Both the position numbers and the translations under genes were made by a program. The notes under the pieces are model-generated. The model searched no databases. It was not told where the DNA came from and saw only the letters and a list, made by a program, of their open reading frames with translations. From an uncultured Clostridium sp. (GTDB taxonomy: Bacteria; Bacillota; Clostridia; TANB77; CAG-508), in assembly GCA_947648905.1 (NCBI GenBank), contig CANSPP010000001.1, positions 90,230 through 122,229 of the forward strand: a stretch of DNA of 32,000 nt, in the 5' to 3' direction. This document shows, piece by piece, positions 17,276 through 25,069 of the stretch (position 1 is the first letter of the stretch; each line of letters opens with the position of its first letter).

Positions 17276-19135
17276 CTATTCTCCTTCGTTTCCAGTATCT
17301 GTTGGTGTTTCTGTTCCTGTTGGTTCTGTTGGTGTTGTTGGCTGTTCTGGAGTTGTTGGAGTTTCTGGTTGTTGAACTGGTGTTGTTGGCTCAGTAGGAG
17401 TTGTTGTTGGTTGATTATTTGTTGTTGCTCCACCTGTTCCTTTTATTATAATTCTTGGCATTGCATCATATGTATCTCTTGATAATAATTTTGTTGAAAC
17501 TACTTTTCCGTTTAGCATTTTTGTAATATATGTTTCTGTTTTTTGTCCGTTTGCACCTTTTTGCTTTACTTTTTCTGTTCCTACTGGTAAAGTAGGATCT
17601 TCTACATATTTTGTTGTTGGGGCAATTGTTGAAAGTACTTTTGTACTAAATGAAAATGTATATTCTTCAGCTTCTTTTATTCCATAAATTGCTACTGTTG
17701 CAATTCCATTTCTTGCACTTGCTGATATTCTTATAGGATATTTTCTTGTATTTTTAAATCTAAAATCTGTAACTCCATATACGACTGTTGCATCTCTTCC
17801 AACTGGTATATATGCTGTTGTAAATTGATGATTTCTTCTTTCTAAAACTTCTAGATTTCCTTCTAATACTGCATTATATAAAGTAGAAGAAATTTGGCAA
17901 ATTCCTCCGCCTATTCCATCAACAACTTCTCCTCCTGAATAAATTGCACCATTTCTATATCCTGCTTTAGCCGTTCTTTCTCCTAGGGCTTTATTATAAG
18001 AAAATGTTTCTCCTGGTAAAATTACTTTTCCGTTTATTTTTTGACAAGCTATAACTAAGTTTGTTGATCTATCAACATTGCTTACATCATATCTTGTTGT
18101 ATATACTGATAATCTATCTGGAAAAGCTTCATCTCCTATTTGGCTCAATGTAATTTTTGGTTTTGTAATTGTTAATTTAATTACATATTCTTCTTTATCT
18201 TCTGCAAGTATTGCTTTTGCTGTTTCTAAATCAAAACTTATTCCTTCTACTTCTGGGTGAACTGTGAATGGGTCTTTTGTGTAATATGCATCTTGTGCTT
18301 CTTTACAAATTTCATCATGTATTTTTTCTATATCTATTGGTTCTGGTTCTTTTTCTTTTACTGGTATTTCAATGTATTCTTCAGTTAAGTTTATATCTTT
18401 TAGTCTATCTTTTACTTTTTCAAATAGACTGTCTGTATCTATTACTACACCTTTTTTTCCTTTAGTAATGATTAATTCATCACCTTCGACTGAATAGCTT
18501 GAATCTAAAACTATCCCTGGCAAATTTACTCCAATATCATTTATTGTTTGTTTTGCTATTTCCTCGTTCAATGTCATATTTACATCTACATTCTTCTTCC
18601 CAATTAGAGTAAATAGAATATCGTAATTGCTTATAAAGATGTTTTCTTTTCTACCAATTAAGTAGGCTTCTTCTACAGCCTTGTCTATTTCGTAATTAAC
18701 TTCCATTATTGTTGGATTTAGATTTGTTTCGTGTTCTTGGTATTTTATATCAATTTCTTTTTCCTTTTTCTCATTATATATTGCTTCTAACTTACCTTTT
18801 GCCTCTTCTTTTGATAATCCTGATACTTCAATTCCTGATATTGATACTCCACTTACTATTTTTTCGTTAGATAGGGCGAATAATGCAAAAATTGTTGAAA
18901 CTATTATTGCTATTACTATTATTACTGCTATTAAAATTCCTATAATTAGTCCTTTTTTCTTTTTTGGCTTTTCGGTTTCTCCCATATCTTTAATTGATTT
19001 TTCTTGTTTTTTAGGACTTTCTTTAACTTTTTTAAATTGTGCATCGTTTTTTTCTTCTTTTTTAGCATTCTCTTTATTTTTATTTTCAGCTTTTTTAGGT
19101 TTGTCTTCTTTTTTTGTTAAAACTTTCTCCTCCAT
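17276..19135 (-). CDS. VanW-family protein with a K-rich cytoplasmic tail, TM anchor, G5 domain and C-terminal Pro/Thr-rich linker
   Basis: VanW core GETFSYNKALGERT...GGGICQISSTLYNA. G5-like EDPTLPVGTEKVKQKGANGQKTETY. C-terminus PTTTPTEPTTPVQQPETPTTPEQPTTPTEP. SD GGAGA lies 5 nt upstream of the ATG. Confidence 0.85.
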   Translation of the reverse strand: MEEKVLTKKEDKPKKAENKNKENAKKEEKNDAQFKKVKESPKKQEKSIKDMGETEKPKKKKGLIIGILIAVIIVIAIIVSTIFALFALSNEKIVSGVSISGIEVSGLSKEEAKGKLEAIYNEKKEKEIDIKYQEHETNLNPTIMEVNYEIDKAVEEAYLIGRKENIFISNYDILFTLIGKKNVDVNMTLNEEIAKQTINDIGVNLPGIVLDSSYSVEGDELIITKGKKGVVIDTDSLFEKVKDRLKDINLTEEYIEIPVKEKEPEPIDIEKIHDEICKEAQDAYYTKDPFTVHPEVEGISFDLETAKAILAEDKEEYVIKLTITKPKITLSQIGDEAFPDRLSVYTTRYDVSNVDRSTNLVIACQKINGKVILPGETFSYNKALGERTAKAGYRNGAIYSGGEVVDGIGGGICQISSTLYNAVLEGNLEVLERRNHQFTTAYIPVGRDATVVYGVTDFRFKNTRKYPIRISASARNGIATVAIYGIKEAEEYTFSFSTKVLSTIAPTTKYVEDPTLPVGTEKVKQKGANGQKTETYITKMLNGKVVSTKLLSRDTYDAMPRIIIKGTGGATTNNQPTTTPTEPTTPVQQPETPTTPEQPTTPTEPTGTETPTDTGNEGE

Positions 19136-19321
19136 AAAAAATCTCCTTTTTCATTTTCTCTTTTTATCTTATCATAAACTTGTTTTTTTGACAATATTTT
19201 TACTACTTTTTTATAGTTTAATATAATCGCTCTAATTCCCTATTTAATGGTATGTTTAAGCTTTTTATTTATTACTATTTTTAAAAATTAAAAAAATTGT
19301 CAAAATTTTTCATAAAAATAC

Positions 19322-19350
19322 TTGAACATTGTAGAATTTAATATTATAAT
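19322..19350 (+). promoter_or_regulatory. Sigma-A promoter for the CBM-like gene
   Basis: TTGAAC (19322-27), 17-nt spacer, TATAAT (19345-50). SD AAGGAGAG (19371-78). Confidence 0.55.
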
Positions 19351-19385
19351 GTTATAAGCAAAAGATAAATAAGGAGAGAAAATCA

Positions 19386-19862
19386 ATGGAGTTAACAAAG
19401 AATATATTCTTTAACACAGACAAATTAGTAGAAAACAGTAAAGTAAAAATCTCATATATCGGAGAGCTTTTTAAAAATGCCTCTGAAGAAGTAACCATAC
19501 ATTATGGCTTTGGTAACAATTGGGACAATGTAACAGATATAAAAATGGAAAAAACAGAATTAGGATTTCAAGCTGAAATAAATTTATTAGAAGGCGAAAC
19601 ATTCAACTTCTGCTTCAAAGATGGAAACAACAATTGGGACAACAACAATGGTCAAAACTACGTATTTCCATTAGAAAAAGTCACTACAGAATTACTAGTA
19701 TTAGATGATGAACCTGTAGCTCTTGGTAGTGCTAGAAAGCTAAGAAGATCTTATTTATGGAGCAAAAAAATTCGTTTAGCAGTTTATAAAATAATAACAT
19801 ATCTTCCAAAAATAATCTCTGGAAATTATAGAACGAAACAAGCAAATACAGATAACGGATAA
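19386..19862 (+). CDS. Small protein with a starch/glycan-binding-module-like domain (CBM25/26-type W..NN.G.NY signature) and a basic amphipathic tail
   Basis: IHYGFGNNWDNV ... FCFKDGNNNWDNNNGQNYVF resembles CBM repeats. The call rests on motif recall only. Confidence 0.45.
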   Translation: MELTKNIFFNTDKLVENSKVKISYIGELFKNASEEVTIHYGFGNNWDNVTDIKMEKTELGFQAEINLLEGETFNFCFKDGNNNWDNNNGQNYVFPLEKVTTELLVLDDEPVALGSARKLRRSYLWSKKIRLAVYKIITYLPKIISGNYRTKQANTDNG

Positions 19863-19899
19863 AAAACGCCCCAGGACATTTGGGGACGTTTCTTTTTTT
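19861..19899. terminator. Bidirectional terminator between convergent CBM-like and SDR genes, built from repeat-family modules
   Basis: AAAAAACGCCCCA / TGGGGACGTTTCTTTTTTT: 10-bp stem with one bulge, 7-nt loop GGACATT, and an A-run and T-run on the flanks. Confidence 0.65.
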
Positions 19900-19904
19900 A
19901 CCCA

Positions 19905-20636
19905 TTATGTTATAATCCAACCACCATTTACAGAAATAATCTGACCTGTTGTATAATTATCTTCAATTAACCACTTTACACATTTAGCAATATCTTCTGG
20001 TCTACCTATTCTTTCTAGTGGAATTTCTTCTTCTATTTCCTTCAATTCCTCTTCACTAAACTTAGAATTCATTTGAGTATTTATCATTCCAGGCGCAATT
20101 GAATTCACTCTTATATTTGATGGTCCAAGCTCTTTTGCTAGTGCTTTAGTTAATCCATCCATACCTGCTTTTGAAACAGAATAAATTACTTCCAAAGCTC
20201 CACCAACTACTCCCCAAGCTGATGATATATTTATTATACATCCATTTTTATTATGAACCATATTTGGAATTACTTCTTGTGACATCGCAAATGCTGAATA
20301 TAAATTAGTATTAATTACTTTTTCCCAGTCACTATCTGTTTCATCTGTAAATAATTTATATTCTGATATTCCTGCATTATTAATTAAAATATCTACTCTT
20401 CCATATGTTTTTATAGCATAACTTACCAATTCTTTGGCTTCTTCTCTTTTTGAGACATCTGCTTTTTTTATATCTATTTGAATATTTTCTGTTTTTAGCT
20501 CTTCTTGTAATTTTAAAGCTTCTTGTTCTGATTTATTATAATTTGCTATTACTTGTATATCTTTTCTTGCAAGCATTTTTGCAATTTCTCTTCCTATCCC
20601 TTTTGATGCTCCTGTTACTATTGCAACTTTTTTCAT
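19905..20636 (-). CDS. Short-chain dehydrogenase/reductase, FabG-like 3-oxoacyl reductase family
   Basis: VTGASKGIGREIA (TGxxxGxG), NNAGI, catalytic S...YSVSK (YxxxK), PGMINT. Confidence 0.85.
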   Translation of the reverse strand: MKKVAIVTGASKGIGREIAKMLARKDIQVIANYNKSEQEALKLQEELKTENIQIDIKKADVSKREEAKELVSYAIKTYGRVDILINNAGISEYKLFTDETDSDWEKVINTNLYSAFAMSQEVIPNMVHNKNGCIINISSAWGVVGGALEVIYSVSKAGMDGLTKALAKELGPSNIRVNSIAPGMINTQMNSKFSEEELKEIEEEIPLERIGRPEDIAKCVKWLIEDNYTTGQIISVNGGWIIT

Positions 20637-20751
20637 ATTTTTTACCTTCCCCTTTTTTATTTTTATATTTTGACGATTTTATTGTAACATTTTTATTTAA
20701 AAAAATCAAAAAAAAGCCAATAACTAAGATTATTCAAAGCTACTGACAATT

Positions 20752-20828
20752 TGGAGCCACTTCCCAGATTCGAACTGGGGACCCCCGCATTACAAGTGCG
20801 GTGCTCTGGCCAACTGAGCTAAAGTGGC
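20752..20828 (-). tRNA. tRNA-Thr (anticodon TGT), CCA encoded
   Basis: The reverse complement GCCACTTTAGCTCAGTTGGCCAGAGCACCGCACTTGTAATGCGGGGGTCCCCAGTTCGAATCTGGGAAGTGGCTCCA folds as a cloverleaf with anticodon loop CTTGTAA. Confidence 0.9.
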
Positions 20829-20840
20829 AATTATTTAATT

Positions 20841-20915
20841 TGGTGACCCGTACGGGAATCGAACCCATGTCTCCGCCGTGAAAGGGCGGTGTCTTAACCG
20901 CTTGACCAACGGGCC
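20841..20915 (-). tRNA. tRNA-Glu (anticodon TTC), CCA encoded
   Basis: The reverse complement GGCCCGTTGGTCAAGCGGTTAAGACACCGCCCTTTCACGGCGG... has anticodon loop CTTTCAC and T loop TTCGATT. Confidence 0.9.
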
Positions 20916-20923
20916 TTATATAT

Positions 20924-20958
20924 AAAGAACTAAATAATGTTGCATTATTTAGTTCTTT
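20924..20958 (-). other. Perfect 16-bp hairpin in the tRNA-Lys/tRNA-Glu spacer
   Basis: AAAGAACTAAATAATG (20924-39), loop TTG, CATTATTTAGTTCTTT (20943-58). Confidence 0.6.
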
Positions 20959-21034
20959 TGGTGAGCTATCCGCGACTCGAACGCGGGACAACTTGATTAA
21001 AAGTCAAGTGCTCTACCACCTGAGCTAATAGCCC
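20959..21034 (-). tRNA. tRNA-Lys (anticodon TTT), CCA encoded
   Basis: The reverse complement GGGCTATTAGCTCAGGTGGTAGAGCACTTGACTTTTAATCAAGTTGTCCCGCGTTCGAGTCGCGGATAGCTCACCA has anticodon loop CTTTTAA. Confidence 0.9.
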
Positions 21035-21064
21035 ACATAACTGTGATACTCACAACGCCTTTAT

Positions 21065-21093
21065 ATATTACAACATTTTTTCACAAATGTCAA
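21065..21093 (-). promoter_or_regulatory. Sigma-A promoter of the tRNA-Lys/Glu/Thr operon
   Basis: On the minus strand: TTGACA (21093-21088), 17-nt spacer, TAATAT (21070-21065), about 30 nt upstream of the tRNA-Lys 5' end. Confidence 0.55.
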
Positions 21094-21109
21094 TACATTT
21101 GTGAAAAAA
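21076..21109. terminator. Bidirectional terminator-like hairpin downstream of the DUF1858 gene
   Basis: TTTTTTCACAAATGT (21076-90), loop CAAT, ACATTTGTGAAAAAA (21095-109): perfect 15-bp stem flanked by T and A runs. Confidence 0.6.
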
Positions 21110-21139
21110 AAATTGAACTTTTTGTGTTTTTTGTGTTTT

Positions 21140-21325
21140 TTAGGCATTTAATTTCTCTAAAACCTCTTCAACATCTATTCCGTGAACACCACATGCTTCT
21201 TCTAAAGTTTCCATTTGAGAAGCTGGGCATCCTAAACAATGCATTCCTATTTCTAGTAATATATCTGCTTTTTCTGGTGCAACTTCTAATATTTCACCAA
21301 TTTTTGTATCTTTGTTGAATTTCAT
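21140..21325 (-). CDS. DUF1858-type small redox-disulfide protein (hybrid-cluster-protein-associated family)
   Basis: IGEILE...IGMHCLGCPASQMETLEEAC...HGID signature. I prefer the ATG at 21325 (SD GGAGA 6 nt upstream) over the track start at 21355. Confidence 0.75.
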   Translation of the reverse strand: MKFNKDTKIGEILEVAPEKADILLEIGMHCLGCPASQMETLEEACGVHGIDVEEVLEKLNA

Positions 21326-21684
21326 AATTCTTCTCCTTTCAAATAATATACTCATAATTTATTTTATAAATTACTTTTTTAGATAAATTTTTATATCTTG
21401 TTTTAATTGAATTTATCCCTGTTTTTCGTTTTTACAAAATTAATTTTATCACAAATTTCAAAAAAAGTATAGACAAATCAAAAAAAATATTGTATTATGA
21501 TAAAAATTGTAAGGCGGTGATATTTATTTCTAACATAATTAATCTATTTTTTCTGTCCTTTAGTATTAATCTTTTTATAACTTTATATTCGTTATATTCA
21601 TTTTTTTATATAATTTTATTTCACAGAAAACAAGGTTCAAAATTAGAAATCAAAAAGAAAATTTCCAAATAAGGAGGCATAAAT

Positions 21685-23418
21685 ATTTTAAAATTAATTA
21701 GAAGACTTTTATTTATCTTGACTTTTTTTATTATTTCTAGCATTATATCAACTATTACTTTTTATCCAATTTTTACAGCAACAGAAATAATTATTCCTTA
21801 TGGCATACATCCTTTTGACATTTGCTCTAATAATCCAGAATTATGGAACATTATTAAAACAACATACATTTTCACATTTATCTTTTCCAATTTAATAATT
21901 AGCAATTTTATTTATACCAGAATAATTTTAAAGCTAATAGACTTTATTAAATCCTATAAAAATACTTCTGTCACAAAAGAAAATCAAATATCTCATCCTA
22001 AAAATTCAGAAAATTCGCTAAATTTACTAATTGGACTAGATGAAAAGTCAAATTCAAAAATATATATTCCAGAATCTGGGCTATATCAAAATTTTTTAGT
22101 AACTGGAACTATTGGCTCTGGTAAAACCTCTAGTGCTATGTATCCATTTACAAGACAATTACTGCAATTTAATAGCAAAAATCCAAAGAAAAAAATTGGA
22201 ATGCTAATTTTAGATGTCAAAGGAAATTATTTTAGGCAAGTAAAAAGATATGCAAAAAATTTTAATCTTTTAAATAATTTAATTGTACTTAGTTTAAATT
22301 CAAAAGTATTTTACAATCCACTTCACAAACCAAACTTAAAACCACAGGTTCTAGCTAATAGAATAAAAACTATATTGCTTTTATTTTCAGAAAATAATTC
22401 TGAATCTTATTGGTTAGATAAAGCAGAGCAAGTAATTTGCGAATGCATAAAATTGTGCCGTTTATACAACGATGGTTACGTTACTTTTTTAGAATTGCAC
22501 AAATTAATTACAATTCCAAATTATTATAGAGAAAAAATAGAAAAGTTAAGAAATTTATTCATTTCTTCTAAACTATCACACGAGCAAATTTATGAATTAA
22601 ATGCCAGCCTAAACTTTTTTGAAAAAGAATTTTATAATTTAGATGAACGAACAAAAGGAATTTTAATTTCAGAAATAACTAGAATTACAAATACATTTGT
22701 TTCTGACTATGATGTGATGAGAACATTTTGTCCACCTAAAGAAAAACTTACTTTTACAGGATTTTCTGAAGTTATAAAATCTGGAAAAATAGTTGTACTT
22801 AACATGAATATCTTTGAATACAATATGCTCTCAAGAATAATTGCAACTTATCTAAAATTAGATTTTCAAACAGAGGTTATGACCAATTTATCTAAGAACA
22901 ATATTAGACCTACAGCCTTTATATGTGATGAATATGATAAATTTGCAAGTAAAACTGATGGAGAATTCTTTTCATTAAGTAGAGAAGCCAAATGTATTAA
23001 TATCGTCAGTATGCAAAGCTACTCTTCTTTAAAATCCATACTAAAAGAAGAAGCTACCGTCAAAGTAATAACCCAAAACCTTATAAATAAAATATGGTTT
23101 AGAACAGATGACATTTTCACAATTGAAGAAGCACAAAAGCAACTAGGGAAAGAAGAAAAAGAAAGAGTTTCTAAAAGTATTTCTGAAAGTGCAAAAGAAA
23201 CAAGATTTAACTACATAACAAACACTCTAAATTCTGAAAATTCTAATATATCAGAAACATTTAGTACGTACTTACAAAACGATTTCGCATTTGAGACTAA
23301 CTTTTTTACCCAAAATCTAGAAACATTCACCGCCCTTACATTTTTGTCTGATGGAAACAAAATTTGCACACCAAAAAAACTAAGAATGTTTCCACACTTT
23401 AAAAATACTGGTTTATAG
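21685..23418 (+). CDS. Type IV secretion coupling-protein-like P-loop ATPase (VirD4/TraG/TraD family) with two N-terminal TM helices
   Basis: Walker A LVTGTIGSGKTS, ILDVKGNY, Walker B FICDEYDKF, and a T4CP-type Q motif VSMQSYSSLKS. The frame is open from 21673. AAGGAGG (21671-77) sits 7 nt before an in-frame ATT (21685). The first canonical start (TTG at 21718) has no SD. Confidence 0.6.
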   Translation: MLKLIRRLLFILTFFIISSIISTITFYPIFTATEIIIPYGIHPFDICSNNPELWNIIKTTYIFTFIFSNLIISNFIYTRIILKLIDFIKSYKNTSVTKENQISHPKNSENSLNLLIGLDEKSNSKIYIPESGLYQNFLVTGTIGSGKTSSAMYPFTRQLLQFNSKNPKKKIGMLILDVKGNYFRQVKRYAKNFNLLNNLIVLSLNSKVFYNPLHKPNLKPQVLANRIKTILLLFSENNSESYWLDKAEQVICECIKLCRLYNDGYVTFLELHKLITIPNYYREKIEKLRNLFISSKLSHEQIYELNASLNFFEKEFYNLDERTKGILISEITRITNTFVSDYDVMRTFCPPKEKLTFTGFSEVIKSGKIVVLNMNIFEYNMLSRIIATYLKLDFQTEVMTNLSKNNIRPTAFICDEYDKFASKTDGEFFSLSREAKCINIVSMQSYSSLKSILKEEATVKVITQNLINKIWFRTDDIFTIEEAQKQLGKEEKERVSKSISESAKETRFNYITNTLNSENSNISETFSTYLQNDFAFETNFFTQNLETFTALTFLSDGNKICTPKKLRMFPHFKNTGL

Positions 23419-23449
23419 GCTTTCCATAAAACCTAAATAAAATTAAGGA

Positions 23450-23794
23450 ATGATATTATTGAATAAAAAAATCTATTATACAATTTTTATAGCTATATTT
23501 GCACTTATATTTTTGCTTAGCCTATCAAGTTCTGTATTCTCCGCTTGGGGTGATCCACAAATTGTAACAAAAATAAACTCAGCTTTTGAAAGCATAGAAA
23601 GTTGGATTTTGAAACTATCAACTCCTGCAGCCGCAGTAGCTGTTGGCAGTGGTGTATTTATGAAAAAATTTAGCTTTGGTGACGAAGAAAAAATACGAAC
23701 AGGTAAAAGAATTATAAAAGGCTCACTTTTTTCATATGCATTTATCCTTGCAATTGACTTAATTTTATCTGCCATTAAATCACTAGTAAGTTAG
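23450..23794 (+). CDS. Small signal-peptide-bearing two-TM protein, TrbC/VirB2-pilin-like (or Maff2-like)
   Basis: The signal-peptide-like N-terminus ends VFSA/WGDP. Two hydrophobic helices are separated by a basic loop (KKFSFGDEEKIRTGKR). Position is immediately after the coupling protein. The start may instead be the TTG at 23459. Confidence 0.5.
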   Translation: MILLNKKIYYTIFIAIFALIFLLSLSSSVFSAWGDPQIVTKINSAFESIESWILKLSTPAAAVAVGSGVFMKKFSFGDEEKIRTGKRIIKGSLFSYAFILAIDLILSAIKSLVS

Positions 23795-23803
23795 GAGGTA
23801 ACT

Positions 23804-24676
23804 TTGGAAAACACAACAAACATTACTCAAACTATTATCGACACAATCAACACAATTTTTGAAAATGTATTATCATCTATTGATAATAATCTATATTCTG
23901 TATTAGATGATATTACATTTGTTGGTTCTGATATTTTAACAGACAAAAACTTTGAAAAAATCTTTGGAACATCTGCATCAAATGGAATTTTATTAATCGC
24001 AAACTCTTTGCTACTTGGATTTCTACTATACTATGCTATCCGTTATCTTATGTCACATCTCACTTATCAAAATGTAGAACATCCCTTTAGCTTTATAATA
24101 AAGATGGTCATATTTGGAATATGTATGAACTTCTCATTTTTCCTAGTTCAAATGTTTCTCGATTTAAATTTCAATATATCTCTTGCTATAAGGAATTTAG
24201 GAGAAAATCTCTTTGGAAAAAATATATGTTTTTCAGAATTAATTTCTACAATAAATACCAGTATGTCAATTAATACAAATTCTATAAACATTTTTTCAAT
24301 AGATGGTTTAATAAAAAGCACTCTAAGTCTTTCACTTTTAAACTTAGTTTTATCTTACTCAATTAGATATATAACAATAAAAGTGTTTGTACTATTAGCA
24401 CCTTTTGCCCTATTATCCCTAACACTAAACTCCACAAGTTGGTTCTTTAAATCGTGGTTAAAAAACTTATTTTCTTTATTATTTATTCAAATTATAGTTT
24501 CTCTAGTTCTTCTTATATTATTTTCTCTAGATTTTTCTTCTGCAAATTTACTCAACAAATTTATTTATGTTGGTGGAATTTATTCTTTAATAAAAGCAAA
24601 TTCCTTTGTACGTGAATTTATTGGCGGAGTTTCCACAAATGTTTCGCAAGCTGTGAATAACTTTATTAAAAATTAA
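23804..24676 (+). CDS. Polytopic membrane protein, VirB6/TrbL-like
   Basis: 290 aa, about 6 TM helices, soluble N-terminal segment. GGAGG (23794-98) lies 5 nt before the TTG start. The call rests on topology and gene order only. Confidence 0.45.
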   Translation: MENTTNITQTIIDTINTIFENVLSSIDNNLYSVLDDITFVGSDILTDKNFEKIFGTSASNGILLIANSLLLGFLLYYAIRYLMSHLTYQNVEHPFSFIIKMVIFGICMNFSFFLVQMFLDLNFNISLAIRNLGENLFGKNICFSELISTINTSMSINTNSINIFSIDGLIKSTLSLSLLNLVLSYSIRYITIKVFVLLAPFALLSLTLNSTSWFFKSWLKNLFSLLFIQIIVSLVLLILFSLDFSSANLLNKFIYVGGIYSLIKANSFVREFIGGVSTNVSQAVNNFIKN

Positions 24677-24698
24677 TCAATTTTTGAAAGGAGGCTTT

Positions 24699-24995
24699 AT
24701 GAAATTTATTTTTCCACAAAATTATAATTTTAAAAATAAACTATTAGGTATTATTGATTATTCAACTGCTATTGCTAATGTTATTTGGTATGCTCTTGTT
24801 TTCCTTTTGGTAAATGTTTTATTTTCTAGTATTAATATTAAAGTAGTTGTTTTTATATCTTTTTGTTTTCCTTTATTCCTTTTTAGCTTTGTTGGCTTTA
24901 ATGGTGAAAATATTATTGTGGTTTTTAAATATATGCTTAAATTTATATTAAAACCAAAATTAATCTTCTATTCTAAAATAAAGAAAAACTTTTAA
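24699..24995 (+). CDS. PrgI/VirB3-like small two-TM protein
   Basis: KNKLLGIIDYSTAI, then two TM helices, then GENIIVVFKYMLKFILKPK, as in PrgI-family proteins. AAGGAGG (24688-94) lies 4 nt before the ATG at 24699. Confidence 0.5.
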   Translation: MKFIFPQNYNFKNKLLGIIDYSTAIANVIWYALVFLLVNVLFSSINIKVVVFISFCFPLFLFSFVGFNGENIIVVFKYMLKFILKPKLIFYSKIKKNF

Positions 24996-25005
24996 TCATT
25001 TTGTC

Positions 25006-25034
25006 TTGAATTTTTTGTCTAAAAAAGTTATAAT
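25006..25034 (+). promoter_or_regulatory. Sigma-A promoter for the dnaD-like/dnaC-like pair
   Basis: TTGAAT (25006-11), 17-nt spacer, TATAAT (25029-34). The direct repeat TTTTGTCT x2 flanks the -35 box. Confidence 0.6.
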
Positions 25035-25069
25035 TTGAATTACAACATTACTTTTTAGGAGAGATTATT

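Noticed and set aside
17264-17482. Striking Cys/Trp-rich 72-aa ORF (CWCFCSCWFCWCCW...), superficially like a cysteine-rich peptide precursor
   Set aside because: It is the antisense reading of the Pro/Thr-rich repeat codons at the 3' end of the vanW-like gene. It has no SD, overlaps a well-supported CDS completely, and its composition is an artefact of the complementary repeats.
20740-20991. 83-aa ORF on the minus strand
   Set aside because: It lies entirely across three tRNA genes (Thr, Glu, Lys) whose cloverleaves fold cleanly. The ORF is a by-product of GC-rich tRNA sequence.
21490-21672. 60-aa hydrophobic ORF immediately upstream of the coupling-protein gene
   Set aside because: It might be a small TM protein, and its stop overlaps the next gene's SD. 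However, its TTG start overlaps the only promoter-like sequence, no SD precedes any in-frame start, and the composition is what AT-rich DNA gives by chance. It is left uncalled.
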